Shown here: one piece after another, positions 26,125 through 39,792 of the stretch
Numbering within the stretch: position 1 is the first letter of the stretch
Layout: each line of letters begins with the position of its first letter
Source of the DNA: Phoronis australis
Lineage: Eukaryota > Animalia > Phoronida
DNA length: 64,000 nt
Reading direction: 5' to 3'
Assembly (NCBI GenBank): GCA_002633005.1
Contig: NMRA01000977.1
Coordinates: forward strand, 3,288 to 67,287
Translations under genes and position numbers: made by a program
The notes under the pieces: generated by a model
What the model was told of the DNA's origin: nothing
Databases searched by the model: none
The model's input: the letters and a program-made list of their open reading frames with translations, nothing else

Positions 26125-28926
26125 TTTATTCACTTATTGAGTTGGCACATCATGCATGGGATCAATCTTTCAAGTTATGTAACCAGTCTATTAAACCTCA
26201 GCAAGATCCCTGCTTGGTCAAAGACTCTCTGCTTCTAATTGTTTATTGTCATCCACTTTCATGCTAACCATATAGCCAAGTTGAAAACCAAATCGTTTTT
26301 GTGTTGTGAAAGTTGGGATTTAGTATTTTACTGAAGCTTGGTTGTGGCTTGTGTTATAAGTCAATAATGCCTAGCATCACTGAAATATTGTTTTTTACCT
26401 ATTTTGTGTCACCATGGGGTGAAGTTGTCAAGTTGTTAACAAATATCCAGAATTTGTTTTAACTGATATATCAAAATTGACGCAGAAATAGTAATCTTAT
26501 AACTTGTGCTCTCTTTACACCAGTCCTCCATCACACTGTTGAAAGCCACATGGTTCACAAACAATGAAATGATTCTGATCTCTTAAAAGTGACAGTTGTT
26601 TATCCTGTCCAAGTTCTGATGCAATTTAGTTGGTATGGCCAGAGGCAATCAATTGAGGAGAAACTTGCATAACCCTAGCTGTTAGATGATGACTCTCCCT
26701 GGCCCACACATTGATTTGCAGTATTTGGCTCAATGCTTAAAGGCGAAGGCAAACTTTTTTCAAGTCATGTTCAGTAAAACTAAGATTCGATGATCATCCC
26801 AGACATACTTTTCATTCATTTACAGCTCTTTGTATTGTAATTAATTACTCGTGCCATGGCGAACAGTTGCTGTCAGTGTGATGGCTAGAATCTAAAATCA
26901 AAAAATTGTGGTTTTGTTGAAACAATTGGTAAGGAACAGAAATTAGAAACTCTAGTAGTGACTGCAATGCAACGCAATGACAGAACTGTTACATGTATCA
27001 CCACTGACATATTCTTGAAATGCAATGGTTTTAACAATCACTGGTTGAAGTACATATCCATCATAGTGGGCATCTATCTATTTATCTATCTGTCTATCAT
27101 GTGCAAATGCCAAAGATAAATTCTGAAAATAGTCAATTGTTTACTTACATGCATGGTTGGTTTAAAGCAAAGCTGCAAACTTGCGTTGAAAGTTAAGACA
27201 GTTAGTTACATGGAAATAAATTTGATTAGCAGGGTTAGGTACATGTTATCAGTAATGATATACAATAAATGTTTAATTTACAATCAAATACTTTTATATT
27301 ACTACTAGAATTTAAATCACACTAAAAATACTTAGAAACATTGGTAGTCCTGAAAAGGACTGCTGGGTTACAATGGATGAATAACGCACGACATTGCAAC
27401 ACGCCTTGTCTCAAATAAGACTGTCAGATTTCGTACAAGTATGTCTCATGACTGCGAGCAGCGCTACCTGTTAGTAAAGCGTCATTGCATCCAGCGCCAT
27501 CTGGTTGTGGTGAAGGTTTTGGATGATTGGGGTACCTGGTGCCTCTCTTAGCCACAATACTGTCAATGTTATTTAATTATCTGTCAACAGTCCCTCTGGG
27601 AAATTTGAGATCATGAGAATTCACGAACTGTTAACCATTTATTTAGCTTATTAATGTACCTTAAGTAGCATCAGAAGAGTTGGAGATATTTGTAACAAGT
27701 AATGTTCTGTATTGTGACCTTCGTCAATCCTCAAAGGGTCGGAATTATGGATGTATTTGTGATGTTACGTAGTGCATTATAAATAATTTTGTTGAGCTGA
27801 GTGTCAAATACTACGCGCTACTGCCACATTATGTGTGCAGTATATTTTCAACTTGGACATCGACGCAATCGACTCCAGAAAACGCTTTCAAGTTAGGTGG
27901 CTTGTAACAGTATTTTCACCCTATCAATGAACACGTAGGCACGAGAATGGCACAGTGTTGTGAATGACAAGAATAGATTTGCCCCGACCACTAGTTTCAG
28001 AAATTATGTTCTTTCATGGTTTGGCAGTTGCTTGTTACTTAAATTTCGAGAACACAATATTTTAGGTAGTATCCTTAACAATGTAACATTGATAGCTAGA
28101 GATGAACTGTGCTGACCTATTTTGAATTGTTGCTGAATGAGTAAGTCACGTGACAGCCAATGAGCAATAAGCTCTTTCATGCTTCCGTCGATGTTTTGGG
28201 AAGTTACACTCACTGTGATTGGTTAACTTTGGGTCCTGATCGAAGTTAGCAGTGCCAGTTAACTTGTTGTCTGCAAGTGACATTGTCTAGAAGATTATTT
28301 TGGTGACAAGTGTGACCATGTCTCTCCATAACGTGTTACACATGTGAGCTGGTCTTACTGCATCAATTACCCAGGGGATAAAATTGGACTGAGTTGAGGT
28401 GTCTCAAACATACAATTTGAACTCCAGGTGTAAAATCACTTTCACGTGAATCTCCTTATTCATAACTAATTTACCAATTTTCAGCGCATAGTTTGTGTCA
28501 AATATTGTTTGAGACATTTCTTTCCATGGAGTGAAAGGCATGGACTAAGTCGGAAAGAACGATTTTATTTTGGTTTTAAAGTTAAACCATTTTATATTTT
28601 GTAATCAGTTTTACTACTTTCAAAATATTTTTAAAATTGTGTTTTACCAGATTTGCTTTTTAAACAGATTTTACTTTCAAATCATCTTTTCCTTTTTAAA
28701 AACAAAATACTTCATGTTTGTTTTCAATCAGATTTTCTTTTGAACATGTTTTACTTTCAAAATAACTTTCTTTAAAAATATATTGTTTTCTTAATTTTAG
28801 CTTGGCAGTTGTGTGCCACCATAGGTCTATAATCCATAACCCTAACTGAACTGGCTAGCTCAATGGTCCATCAAACCCTTGTTAATGTAAGCACTTGCAC
28901 TTGCTGGCAGATATCATTTGCATATA

Positions 28927-29469
28927 CCGTATTCGCCGTAATAACCGCCCATGCCCCTATAAGCGCCCCCCCACGCGTTTTCAGACTTTGCTGGAATAAG
29001 CGCCCAGTCCATGAACGTGTACATGCGAACAATGACGTACCTTCAGTTCTAAAACTTGGCTACAGTAACGTCTTCAATTTATCAAAAAAGTTTTGCACGG
29101 GTCTTCTAGACCACCAGCGGCACTGCTACGTTTGTATTTAGCCGTGACAATACACTTCAAAGTAACACAGCGCTTCAAAAAGAACGCAACAGCGTTGCTG
29201 ACTTTCGCGACGACCGTGTCCCACTATAGTCTGACCTCACAGTACACATCGACTGTCTCATGAATAAAAATAACTCGGTGTTGAACGCACGTGGCCAGAA
29301 AGCGCGCGCTACATACATGAACCTAGCTGTCATCAAAGACATTAGTCGGGAACTATCCATTCATGAAACGGGTAGCATAGCATCGGCAAGAAATGAATAT
29401 TGGCCCTAATTTCCGACAATTTCTAATACTATAAAACATGTTTGCGTTATTTTTTAGATGGATTGTTTG
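28927..29469 (-). mobile_element. CCGTA-TIR MITE, inverted copy truncated at contig join
   Basis: TA|CCGTATTCGCCGTAATAACCGCCC; reverse complement of 20100-20596; stops at N 29470. Confidence 0.88.
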
Positions 29470-29470
29470 N

Positions 29471-29770
29471 TTTTTAAAATTGTGTTTTACCAGATTTGCT
29501 TTTTAAACAGATTTTACTTTCAAATCATCTTTTCCTTTTTAAAAACAAAATACTTCATGTTTGTTTTCAATCAGATTTTCTTTTGAACATGTTTTACTTT
29601 CAAAATAACTTTCTTTAAAAAATATATTGTTTTCTTAATTTTAGCTTGGCAGTTGTGTGCCACCATAGGTCTATAATCCATAACCCCAACTGAACTGGCT
29701 AGCTCAATGGTCCATCAAACCCTTGTTAATGTAAGCACTTGCACTTGCTGGCAGATATCATTTGCATATA
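29471..29770. repeat. Duplicate of 28628-28926 across N join, lacking the MITE
   Basis: About 300 bp near-identical, two small differences seen. Confidence 0.9.
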
Positions 29771-32700
29771 ATTAGAATTTCTTCCATTGGTGCTTGTAAT
29801 CCTCTGTTCCTAGTCATGAAAGTGACAACTCCTGCCTTTGATCTGATTTTGGATGAGTTCATTCTTGTGGACCAGTCCAATCTAGCCTCTGAGCATAGTG
29901 TTGCCTTGGGTGGTCTTGCTGAGGTTAGTTCAGTGCTTGATTTCAGTAAGTGCCTTGTTTGTCACAAAACGTGGTTTATGCAGATGGCTTTGTTGGGGCA
30001 CTCATAATGGTAAGTGTTCAAGTGTTACAAACTACTACTTTCAACAGGTTAGTGCATTTCCAAGACTCTAGTGTTTTACTAACACCAATTCCGAATAGGG
30101 TAAAAATTCCCGAATTTAGGACAGTCTACCGAATTTCAGACTCCTGAATTCCAAGTTGATTCTGAAGTTTGGGACACAGTCGAATTTGACATTTACCATA
30201 TTTTTCAAAATTCGAACACATCAGTTTTAGTGTCATTTGGCTGCAACTGTCACATTATGGACAGTGGGCTTTTTCGCTTGATTGGCGGAATGTAAATCTG
30301 GAAGTTCATCGCTACACATTTGATCGTTTAAAACTACCGCCAATGTAATGTATTGACTGATGTCGCAGTTTATAGTTATCGATTTGCGAACTCGAAATAT
30401 TGACCGCGGTTTCACGATGCAAATATGTATGTTCTCCGACTTTCACTTAATCACCACAGTGTCATGCTATGTATAGAGGTAATTGATAAGCACCGGTGAT
30501 GAGACTGTTGTTGCCAGATCATATCCCAGGTTCATGATCTCAATTTTTTTATGTTTACCTGCGCTTCACTTACCTTCCTCCGGGCGCCCTGACCTTCGCT
30601 ATGCCATGCTCATAAACTGCACTCGAAAACCGGCAAAACAATTTCGTTCAGACTTGGTGAAAAGCAAAAAATTGTGGCCAAGTTTGTCATGCAGTATATG
30701 TTAAACATGTTTATGATGTGGCTACATCTTTATGTTGCCGTATTGACATGGCATATCGGGGGTTTTTATCGTGTTTCAGGGTTCATCTGTGGAGCGAGAC
30801 ACGCACCAAAAGCACATTCAAATTTCAAATGACGTAGTCTGTGAAATGTCCCGTAGGTCATTTGGCGCGTTCAATTTTTAAATAACTTTGGTTTTAGCTG
30901 TGCCAGATCATTTGACCTATGGCGTGTGATTTGCAAACTGAAACCTGGGCTCATAGTGGAGATTTAAATTCGCATATGCGTATAAGAAATAAATTGAATT
31001 TTTGAGTGAACGGCACTGCTACCCTATTGGGCCTGGGTGAAGGTAGGACAGATAGCCTAAACTTTATTACAAGGAACAGCAGTACCAGGAATGCAAGGTC
31101 CGAGATTATCGGACGAACAGCGTTTAATTAAGCTTGTTGTGGGGTACTTGAACAATCACTTGTGCATGGTGTTTTACTGTTAAGACTATGCAGGGCATAC
31201 CTGTTGAATTGAGATCTGGTCTACTGCTATGTCTCAGAATAAGTATTTCAAACTTTTATTGATTGAATATAACCCAGTCACATAAAGCAACAGTGTCAAA
31301 CGCAGGGATACATATTTGATACATAATTGAACCATTAGACTGCAGAGACCTTATTTACATGTATCTTGTGTTTGGCAAGGTCTGTTTGAGTGACAGGTGA
31401 CTCATAAGTATGTCGCACGTGCTGCCCAAGTAACTAAAACAGGGTTACATGTAATGCAGTCTGTGTCTGGTTTGCCAAAAGATTAACGTTGAGTATGTTT
31501 GAGCAGCATTAGATATTGCGAATAATCAGTCAAGGCGTGTTACACATTAAATATCAGTGTTCTGAGTCGGTAATATCGCTGTTAACGTTATTGTGGACAT
31601 CGTGTGTATTTCTTATCAGCAATAACGATCACAAATATGCGCGGATGTTCAAACTGTCTAAAACTGCAAATCAAAACGTCGTCAGTGCCTGGGACACCGT
31701 CGATTTTGCTGTGTATCTCATCAGACGGCAAAGATTGCCTATTTCTAAAAATTTGGACAGGTTTGAAATGTTTATTTTTTACTGTTTTAAATTCTATTTG
31801 TACTTTCTAATTCAAAATTATCAATAATTCAGGCCAGGGTTATGCGAAGCATGGTTAAAATTGTGATAGTTTCCGAAAATAGTTGTAAATGCTCAATTTT
31901 TTGATAAATATTTTTTTGTAGTAGCTCCTCCTTACAAACCAAATCTAAAGAAAAGGAAATTTCCCCGAGATATTTCACAAAATCAAATTTCTTTGGCAAG
32001 TTCTAATGTTAACAGTCGATAAGTAACTTGAAAATAAAATGCAAATTAAAAATTGGAGTATTCAAAGTGAGATTTCGGTCAGCTCGTATCTTGTGACAGA
32101 CATTTGGCTGTTTGTTGTAACGCACAAACTTGATTGAAAGGAGGTACATTGACTTGTGCCTTTGCAAAGTATAACTCAACTTTTTCACTTTCAAGTATTG
32201 GACAGGGATTGGGAAGTGGTTTGTAGTTGCAAATAAGTTGCGCTCTAATGCTGTTGGAATAAATTTCTATCTGTGTGTCCTATTTAAATTAATTCAACAG
32301 TTCACTTCTGTTGTTTTGTCTCTTGTTTACTAGAGTCTTGTGCTACACATAATCTCTTTTCAAGCCTGTGGTTTATTTTTAGGTAGGTGTTGCCTCAACT
32401 ATTTCCCTAATTTGCATTCTTATACTACTTCTTTCCTATTGGCTGTCTTTCCTACTGAAGTGTGTGATTGACAGCTCCTTTCATGTTGGATATGTCAGCT
32501 CTGTGTGTGATTGGCTACACGAATTTGTCTTAGCTTGATCTTCTGGCTTTGTAGTGTTGCAGTTAAGTTGGAACTGAACTTGAGAGTAGACATTTGTAAT
32601 TCATTTTCACTGTACTGAATATTCCTACTATTTCAATCCTTACACACTCTTTGCAGAAACTGGAGGAAAACGCTGAAGTCTGAATTACAGGTAAGGCTTA

Positions 32701-32924
32701 AGCTAATTCATTTTGGTTCATAATGTAAAAAAATGTTTTGTTTTATTTAATATGTAGTGATGTCACTTTTCACCTGTGGTTTGGACTTTCACTTCTACGT
32801 TCATGTTGTAATGTCTGTTTTCAAACCCGTCATTCAGTCTCAGTGTTCAGGAAATGTGTTGTCATTGACGTACATTTTGCGCTTATTGGTTGTTAGTGAC
32901 CAGCACCTTGACTGTGGTAAATTT

Positions 32925-33445
32925 GGTAATTGTTTACAATATGACGACACTGACTTGATTTTGGTATTGTTCAATTCCTTGCAATATTATCTTTCCTAAA
33001 TACAGAAATTTTTCCTATCCCGTTCCCTTAGTATTTTATTGTGAAATTTCTGCGCACTCTATTTCCTGGTATGCGGTAGTAATACTACCATGTTGAATGG
33101 AAGGAGCCACCTAGCGGTCAAAAACTGAACTTATCTACCGACTTATGCAGATCATTGCTTTTCATAAGGTCAAATTGACCAAGACCCGTCTATCCCGTGC
33201 GCGAGTTACGTTCCCAAGGGCTTGAATTTGATCCTATGGTGACCCTGGTACACATCTAGCTGCTGGCAAGAATCCGCAAAAAAGCGGAGGTTGTTTTTGA
33301 AGTCCAAATTGGTGAAAAGGGTATCACTTCAAACAATTTCATGGAAAAATGGTCGAATGGTCACAATTATAAAAACATTAGAAAAGTTGAAATGCTGCTA
33401 CTTGTTCCTCCATATTATGTCAGGAAAACTTTACTGGGTATCTCG
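32925..33445 (-). mobile_element. Partial inverted copy of the Merlin-like MITE
   Basis: Starts GGTAATTGTTTACA; reverse-complement homology to ~4010-4527. Confidence 0.8.
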
Positions 33446-34417
33446 GGTGGGCAAGCCATTCGGTGGCACTGAATAGTTAGGCTGCAGTCGCGGCCAATTT
33501 GCACTCCCAAAATATTTAAATTTTGGGGTAGGCCAAGTTTGGGGGCATTTTGTTGGTGGGCATTGCATGTAGGCTCAGTGAATGTGGTTTGTTTGTATTT
33601 GTGAACATGCTGAGAATAAAAAAGGCCACTTTCTCGGCTGTAGCTGCACTCTTCTTCAAGATGGCGGCCCCCCCGGTTGCAATATTGTGCATTGCTGTGT
33701 AGCGACTGAGAAATTGGCTGGGATTTTAGGTAGCCCTCAAACAAGCCAGAATTGCCAAAAAAAAGTTGGTCGACAGTACTTTTGGACCACATTTTTGGAA
33801 TCTAGGAAATTTGCTTTCCAAATCTATTGTTTGTTTTCGTCGTGCGTCGGCAGGGAAGTGGTAGTCTAGCTTGGTTTTCAGTGGTATTGAAAGGGTCAAA
33901 AATACAAGAGAGAATAAAGTTTCTGTGCTCATCTGCAGGGTTTTTTTATGTGAAATAAGTGAAAACATGTCATTCTTTGCATCCTGTTTTTGACAGAGTG
34001 AAGAAAATGTGACAAATCAAGTGATGCGGGGTTTGCTAGGCAAACCCAGTGAGAACTGTTCTGTGCCTCCTTAAAAGAAATGGCGAAATTTCAAGTTTGA
34101 AATATTTCGAAGTTTTGGCACTAATTCTTCTCTCTGCCACAAATCGAAGTCAAAATAATAGTTTTTGTTGAATATTATTTCACTTTTTTTGTAAAAATTG
34201 AAGAAAGAATTGTGCGTGACTGTGTACTTGGACCAGCTGGTGGCACAGGAGCTGGGCAGCTGGGTGTGGATGTGGTGCTTGTGATTAACTTCAGACACTC
34301 ATGCATTTCAAATGACAATTTAATATTCATCAGCAACAGTGTGCTACAGTGCAATTAAAAACGACTGAAAAATATGCTTTTACAGGTACAACAACTCTCT
34401 CTCTCTCTCTCTCTGCC

Positions 34418-34830
34418 ATGGCCAGTGCATTCTTCCAAGCACCCTTAAATAACCAAAAATCCCATAGTCTAAAACAAACCCTCTCTTTAAAATCTCACCC
34501 TGTGGGACAGTGTCAGCTGTGGACAGGTCCTGTAAATAAGAAGGGATATGGTGTTCACTGTGTTAAATTTCGAGGGAAATATATCAGAGTACAGGCTCAT
34601 CGCTTGTCTTATTACTTGCATGGCACGCCCCAGCGGCTGTCCCAGTCCCACCACGTTTCCCACCTTTGTCATAACCCTTCCTGTATAAAATTCTCTCACC
34701 TTTCTTATGAACCCCCCAAAATTAACAACTCCAGGCAAATTTGCAAAAATAATGGAGAATGCACTGGTCATTGGGGATACAAGTCATGCCAGCTGAATAT
34801 GGTAATCCTATCAAGAGCTTTTAAGTTCCG
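34418..34830 (+). CDS. His-Me finger (His-Cys box, I-PpoI-like) homing endonuclease
   Basis: CQLWTG...KGYG...AHRLSY...VSHLCHNPSCI..SHL..E....NNSRQIC....C.GH....C; open frame from GCCATGG at 34418; ORF beyond 34830 is read-through into an inserted repeat, so the true end is uncertain. Confidence 0.9.
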
Positions 34831-36562
34831 TTTTTATGCGCCCACATATTTATATGTGGACGCATTATGCCGTCATCTTCGTCCGTCTGTCCGTCCCGCG
34901 TCTGTCCGGCGTCCGCTGCTCTATCTCCAAAACCCTTTGACATACGTTCATGAAATTTGGTACACATGTTCCATTCATGAATGGGACGGCATGTGCGAAC
35001 TTTCGGACGGATCCGACTACCGGTGTGCCCCCTAGTGGCAATTTTAGTTTTTTACGCTTACCTTTGTATCTTCAAAAGTCCTGAACGGATTTTCATGAAA
35101 TTCGGTATGTAGGCACCTATTAGTGAGATGACGCTATCCTCTCGTTTCAGATGGATTCGACATAGTTTGCGCCATCTAGTGGCCATTTTTAGTGTTTTCG
35201 AGTCTGTTTTTTGTGTGTCCACCCCTCTATCAACCAAACCGCTCAAAGGATGATTGTGAAAATTGGCATGTATGTGCTTACTATNNNNNNNNNNNNNNNN
35301 NNNNNNNNNNNNNNNNNNNNNNNNNNNNNNNNNNNNNNNNNNNNNNNNNNNNNNNNNNNNNNNNNNNNNNNNNNNNNNNNNNNNNNNNNNNNNNNNNNNN
35401 NNNNNNNNNNNNNNNNNNNNNNNNNNNNNNNNNNNNNNNNNNNNNNNNNNNNNNNNNNNNNNNNNNNNNNNNNNNNNNNNNNNNNNNNNNNNNNNNNNNN
35501 NNNNNNNNNNNNNNNNNNNNNNNNNNNNNNNNNNNNNNNNNNNNNNNNNNNNNNNNNNNNNNNNNNNNNNNNNNNNNNNNNNNNNNNNNNNNNNNNNNNN
35601 NNNNNNNNNNNNNNNNNNNNNNNNTTTTTTTTGCGCCTATGGCTGTATCTCCTAAACCGTTTGCAGGATCTTTACGAAATTTAATAAGTGTATTTATATG
35701 ATGTTAGCAAACGATGACGACTTTTGGACGGATCCGCTTACCAGTGTGCCCCCTAGTTTACCTCTGTGTCTTCACAAGTCCGTAATGGATTTTCATGAAA
35801 TTTGGTATGTAGGCACCTATTAGTGCGATGACGCTATCCTCTCGTTTTCGGTTGGATTTGACCCAGTTTGCGACACCTAGTGGCCATTTTTACTGTTTTT
35901 AAGTCTGTTTTTTGGCGTCCACCCCTCTATCAACCAAACCGCTATACGTATGATTGTGAAAATTCACATGTATGTTCTTACTATGAAGAGGACGGTTGAC
36001 GCTGAATTTCCCATGACTTTGATTACTGTGGCGCATCCTAGTGGCACTTTTTTTGCGCCCATGGCTGTATCTCCCAAACCGTTCGTAGGATCTTTACTAA
36101 ATTTAGCAAGTGTATTTATGTGATGTTGACAACGGACGATGACGAATTTAGGATGGTTCTGACTACCCGTATGCCTCTAGTGGCAATTTTAATATTTTAC
36201 ATTAACCTCTGTATTTTCATAGGTCTTCAGGTGTATACTTTGTGTTACTTTGTGACTGAAGGAAAAGTTCCAAGTAGAAATTTGTTTCTGGCATTCTAAT
36301 GCTGTGGTAATCAGGTATGTTGGTATATTTGTTTTTAATTCTATGTTTCTGTGGTGCTTTAAGCAACTGATGTATAGGATGTGCTTGTATTATGAAGATC
36401 ACTCACATTTTGCCCCTAACCTATTGAGGAGACAATGCAAAGTACAACATACTACATATATGCCCTCTACTGACCACTTTATGGTACCAATAAACAACCC
36501 TAGAAGGATACCGTAAACGGTGCATTTTTGGGCGCATTTCAACGCTCTGCTTTGCTCTTGTT
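34831..36562 (+). mobile_element. HINE-like element nested in the Kolobok element (contains gap)
   Basis: 5' TTTTTATGCGCCCACATA..TATGTGG hairpin, (CGTC)n-like tract, tandem internal units, 3' TGGGCGCAT subterminal inverted repeat, ends CTTGTT. Confidence 0.8.
35285..35624. other. Assembly gap (N run)
   Basis: About 340 N. Confidence 1.
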
Positions 36563-36599
36563 CCAGTTGTCGTTTTGTTATTGCTTTGACTAAAAACAG

Positions 36600-39500
36600 T
36601 TAGTAACTAAGTTCATAGCTGTGGTAAGTAGCACAAGTAGATGCTATGTTTTCCGCACTATAAACAGATTTGTCAAACAGTTTCGTGTTGGCCATCCTCT
36701 CCCTTAGGTAGTACCTGGCCTTTTTGTACTCTTGGCTCAACTTTCTCTTAGTATGGTAACACTTTCTGGAGTCCACGTTTCTCAACATTTTTTTCACGGC
36801 ACTGTTTTCAGGCACGGTTAGTCCTGATGCCTTGGCCAGTTTCACTGTTGATTTCCCTTGTTGTGGAGTGAATGGCTGAATGACACAGCCCCGTGAAGTT
36901 TCGTGTGTATATTGATGTTTTTGGCGCGTATGCATCAAGGCTTGGAATTTTCTGGGAAACGTGGATTTCCGCTTTTTTCTCTTATTCGCATTTTTTTATA
37001 TTTCCACGGAAAATTATCGGATTTGCCATAAAATGTTCGCCGTAAATTGGTTTCTAACTGCAGAGTTGCCGATGACTAGAAAAGTGGGAACTGCTCTTCA
37101 TGTTTTGGGGGAACAAAAATCGTAATTGCCAGGGCACCTGGGATTTCGTGGTTCATCAATGGCGCCTGTATGTAGAGTAAATCACGGTGACAAATAGTGT
37201 GATTCTGGGTCAAAAATGCGTGGAGCTTGGAGTAGACAGAATATTTTGTGGAAAAAGTGGATGAAAGAAACGGTCAGTGTGTTCGCAAACAACAAAGGTC
37301 TGGGTTTGTGCTCAGTAAACGTTGACAGAGGGACAATTACGGCATGCGTGGCCTAATCGCGAAGAACTACCTGAAAACGATGAGAAAAACGCTTTCTGAA
37401 AGAAAGTTCCACCGTAACCTGTAATTCGTTGGATTGGAATCGTGGGATGTGAGTGATATATGAAATTCTTTTGTTTCATCCCCCGTGCAAGCCTGTGCCG
37501 GCAATTGCTAGGCTGCTAGACCTGAGTCCGTCGATTTTCCACGTACCACCGAAATGGGAGGAAAGTGATATTTTCGTTACTGTGATTGTGTTTTAAGTTG
37601 CCGTTGATGTATTCTAATTTATTTTAACATTTCTCATGTTTTATTTTTGTTAAAGTCTTGTTTTGACCAACTCTAGTTATGCTGTTCAGAGTGAAGTGGT
37701 CACATGGCAGGTTCTGAATGATCTGATTGGTTTACAAATTCTGCTTGCCTATTTTGGTCCTTGTAGTTATTTCCTATGTCACATAGTTTGTTCTACACCA
37801 GCGTGGCTTATGAACAATAATCTCCTGTAAGTAAGTTGTTTTAAACTGAAAAGTTTGGCCAACTTAGGATTGTGGTTGATATGTTCTATAGCTAAAATGT
37901 GTTATTTTTAACTTTCATTTTTTTCCATGGTAATGGGGTATGATCCACAGGTTTTCGTCTTGACTTTTTCCATTGCGTTGGAATAAAAACTTTTTTGTTG
38001 GAATTAAGTGTGTATGTATTTCAAGCTTTCCAGATGATCTGGGTTGATTTTCAAATTTTTTAATAATTTTGTATGTAATATAAGAACTTAAAATAATTTT
38101 ATAGAATAACCTTCTGCCACTCACTATTATTTTAATTTTTAAAAAATGTTTTTTGTTGCATCTAATTGTTTTCATTATTGTTGGTGAAATAGATGTCAGG
38201 TACTGCTTAAAATGAGTGAGTTTTGCCAACACGACACAGTTACATGGCATCTTGTGATGATAATGTTTACTTTCGATCTGTTGTGGTATGGTTGTTTAGA
38301 TTGCAATGTGTATTTGGGGCGGTAAAAATTTTCTTTTTTGTCTTGGGTCATTCCAAGCCCTGATGCATAAACTACTGCATTCAAACTTTCACTGATGTTT
38401 GTGTTGAACAGATATTGCATATCTCTTAGCTGTTCCTGGTTGAAGTAGGAGTTGATTTTTGTTTGAATCGTTTTCAATTCCTTTTCACTCGGTTCTAGAT
38501 GCCGGTCATAAGGCAGATAGATGGCTTGTTGTATGTTTGCACTGGTGTGCAATGCACACAAACGACAGCTCGCGACATTGCTGGTGCTGTCCCAAAAAGC
38601 AGTGAGTAACATTGTTCATCGCAGGAGCTCCAACTTTCAAAAATTCGTCTCACGATTTTTCTGTTCTTTAGGTTAATGAGCTCTTTTCGCACTCTGGCTT
38701 GTGCAGCAGATGAAAGTTTCCTCTTGTAATAAGTCTTGTTATGTGACCTGGGCAAACTCTTCAAGTCCGCTTTGTTAACGCTTTTTCCCATTCGCCTCAG
38801 TCTGTGGATGAAGCATTTGTAGTGTTAAGGTTTTTTCTTTTCACACTGTAGAAATCACGGATGGCCTTTGCTATTTGGCTGCTGTCATCAGTCGTAATTC
38901 TGATATTCAGGTCCACACCACTGTTTTCTATTGCTTGTAACAGTGTGCATTCACTTGATGCAATTGATTTCTCAGCTGGGTAGTTTTTGCTGTAGTGTTC
39001 ATAATTGCACCCGAGAATTCTGCAGGGCCAGTGGAAGTTTTCGGGTCGTTGTGTGCTCAACAAGTCCACCGAAGCTCTGTTTAGCTGTCTCGCAGCCACC
39101 CTGTGGCCTACTGGAGTAGGAAACGTCAAACTGAACGTCTGCAACACCTTCACCGCCAGCCAGAGTGGTGACTTTTTTAACGTAGCGCTGGTTCTCAATC
39201 ATTTGTTCTTCGTTCACTTCAGTTACTGTTTGGCTCATGACAGTCATTTTATTCTGCAGGCTGCGGTTGGATGGTGGCACAATATTCAAGCATGTCAGAA
39301 TGTTGATTACATCCTCAATTCCCACTTTTGACTTTAGCACAGGCAATACAGCCTGGCTGTTCACAGTGGCACAGTGGGCAATTATATTTGCAAACTGCAG
39401 TGCAATGATGCATAGTCCTTTTTCAACAATTAGTTCTAGTTTTCCATATTTGCATGCAACCTGATGCACATGTCCTACCAGGCCTGTTAAGCGACGCACG

Positions 39501-39792
39501 TTAATGATGATATTCTCATCCAGTCCCTTGCTGTCACAAATTTTTCTTTCTTTTTCAGTACTTGGCCTAAACCTGTAAGCTGTCACAGCAGCATCACTGT
39601 CAGTTAGGTAGGTGACATCCTCAGTTTGAAATGTGTGAGACGCACAGCCCTGCAACCGTCTATTGCTGCCTCAGGCTGCCTTGGTATGCTGGAGCTGCAG
39701 CAGTCCATGTTGGAGGGACTGTGTCCTTTTTTAAATTGGCTTTTTCTTCTCCCTCTGCTCCTAGTGAAACTGCGTGTCTTTTCAGTATACAT
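36600..39792 (-). pseudogene. Kolobok DDD/E transposase, frameshifted and interrupted
   Basis: N-terminal RGRRKSQFKKGH; DVQFDVSYSSR; ITTDDSSQI; TNISESLNAVVYA|YAPK...RNFTG..HSAIH (rejoined across insertion); C-terminal YHSY (xHxY-like). Confidence 0.82.
36936..38362. mobile_element. hAT-like element with 6-bp TSD inside the transposase
   Basis: TIR CAAGGCTTGGAAT...ATTCCAAGCCCTG; ATGCAT at 36930-36935 and 38363-38368. Confidence 0.88.

Noticed and set aside
27500-27950. Possible LINE endonuclease remnant (CYKPPN on minus strand)
   Set aside because: Only one short motif; too degenerate to support
34418-34830. Group I intron / rDNA homing endonuclease context
   Set aside because: No rRNA or group I intron sequence nearby; the neighbour is a transposase
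34831-35035. C-terminal extension of the 228-aa endonuclease ORF
   Set aside because: Read-through into an inserted HINE-like repeat with a (CGTC)n-like tract
35192-35701. Long ORFs of 130-169 aa
   Set aside because: Open only because of the N gap
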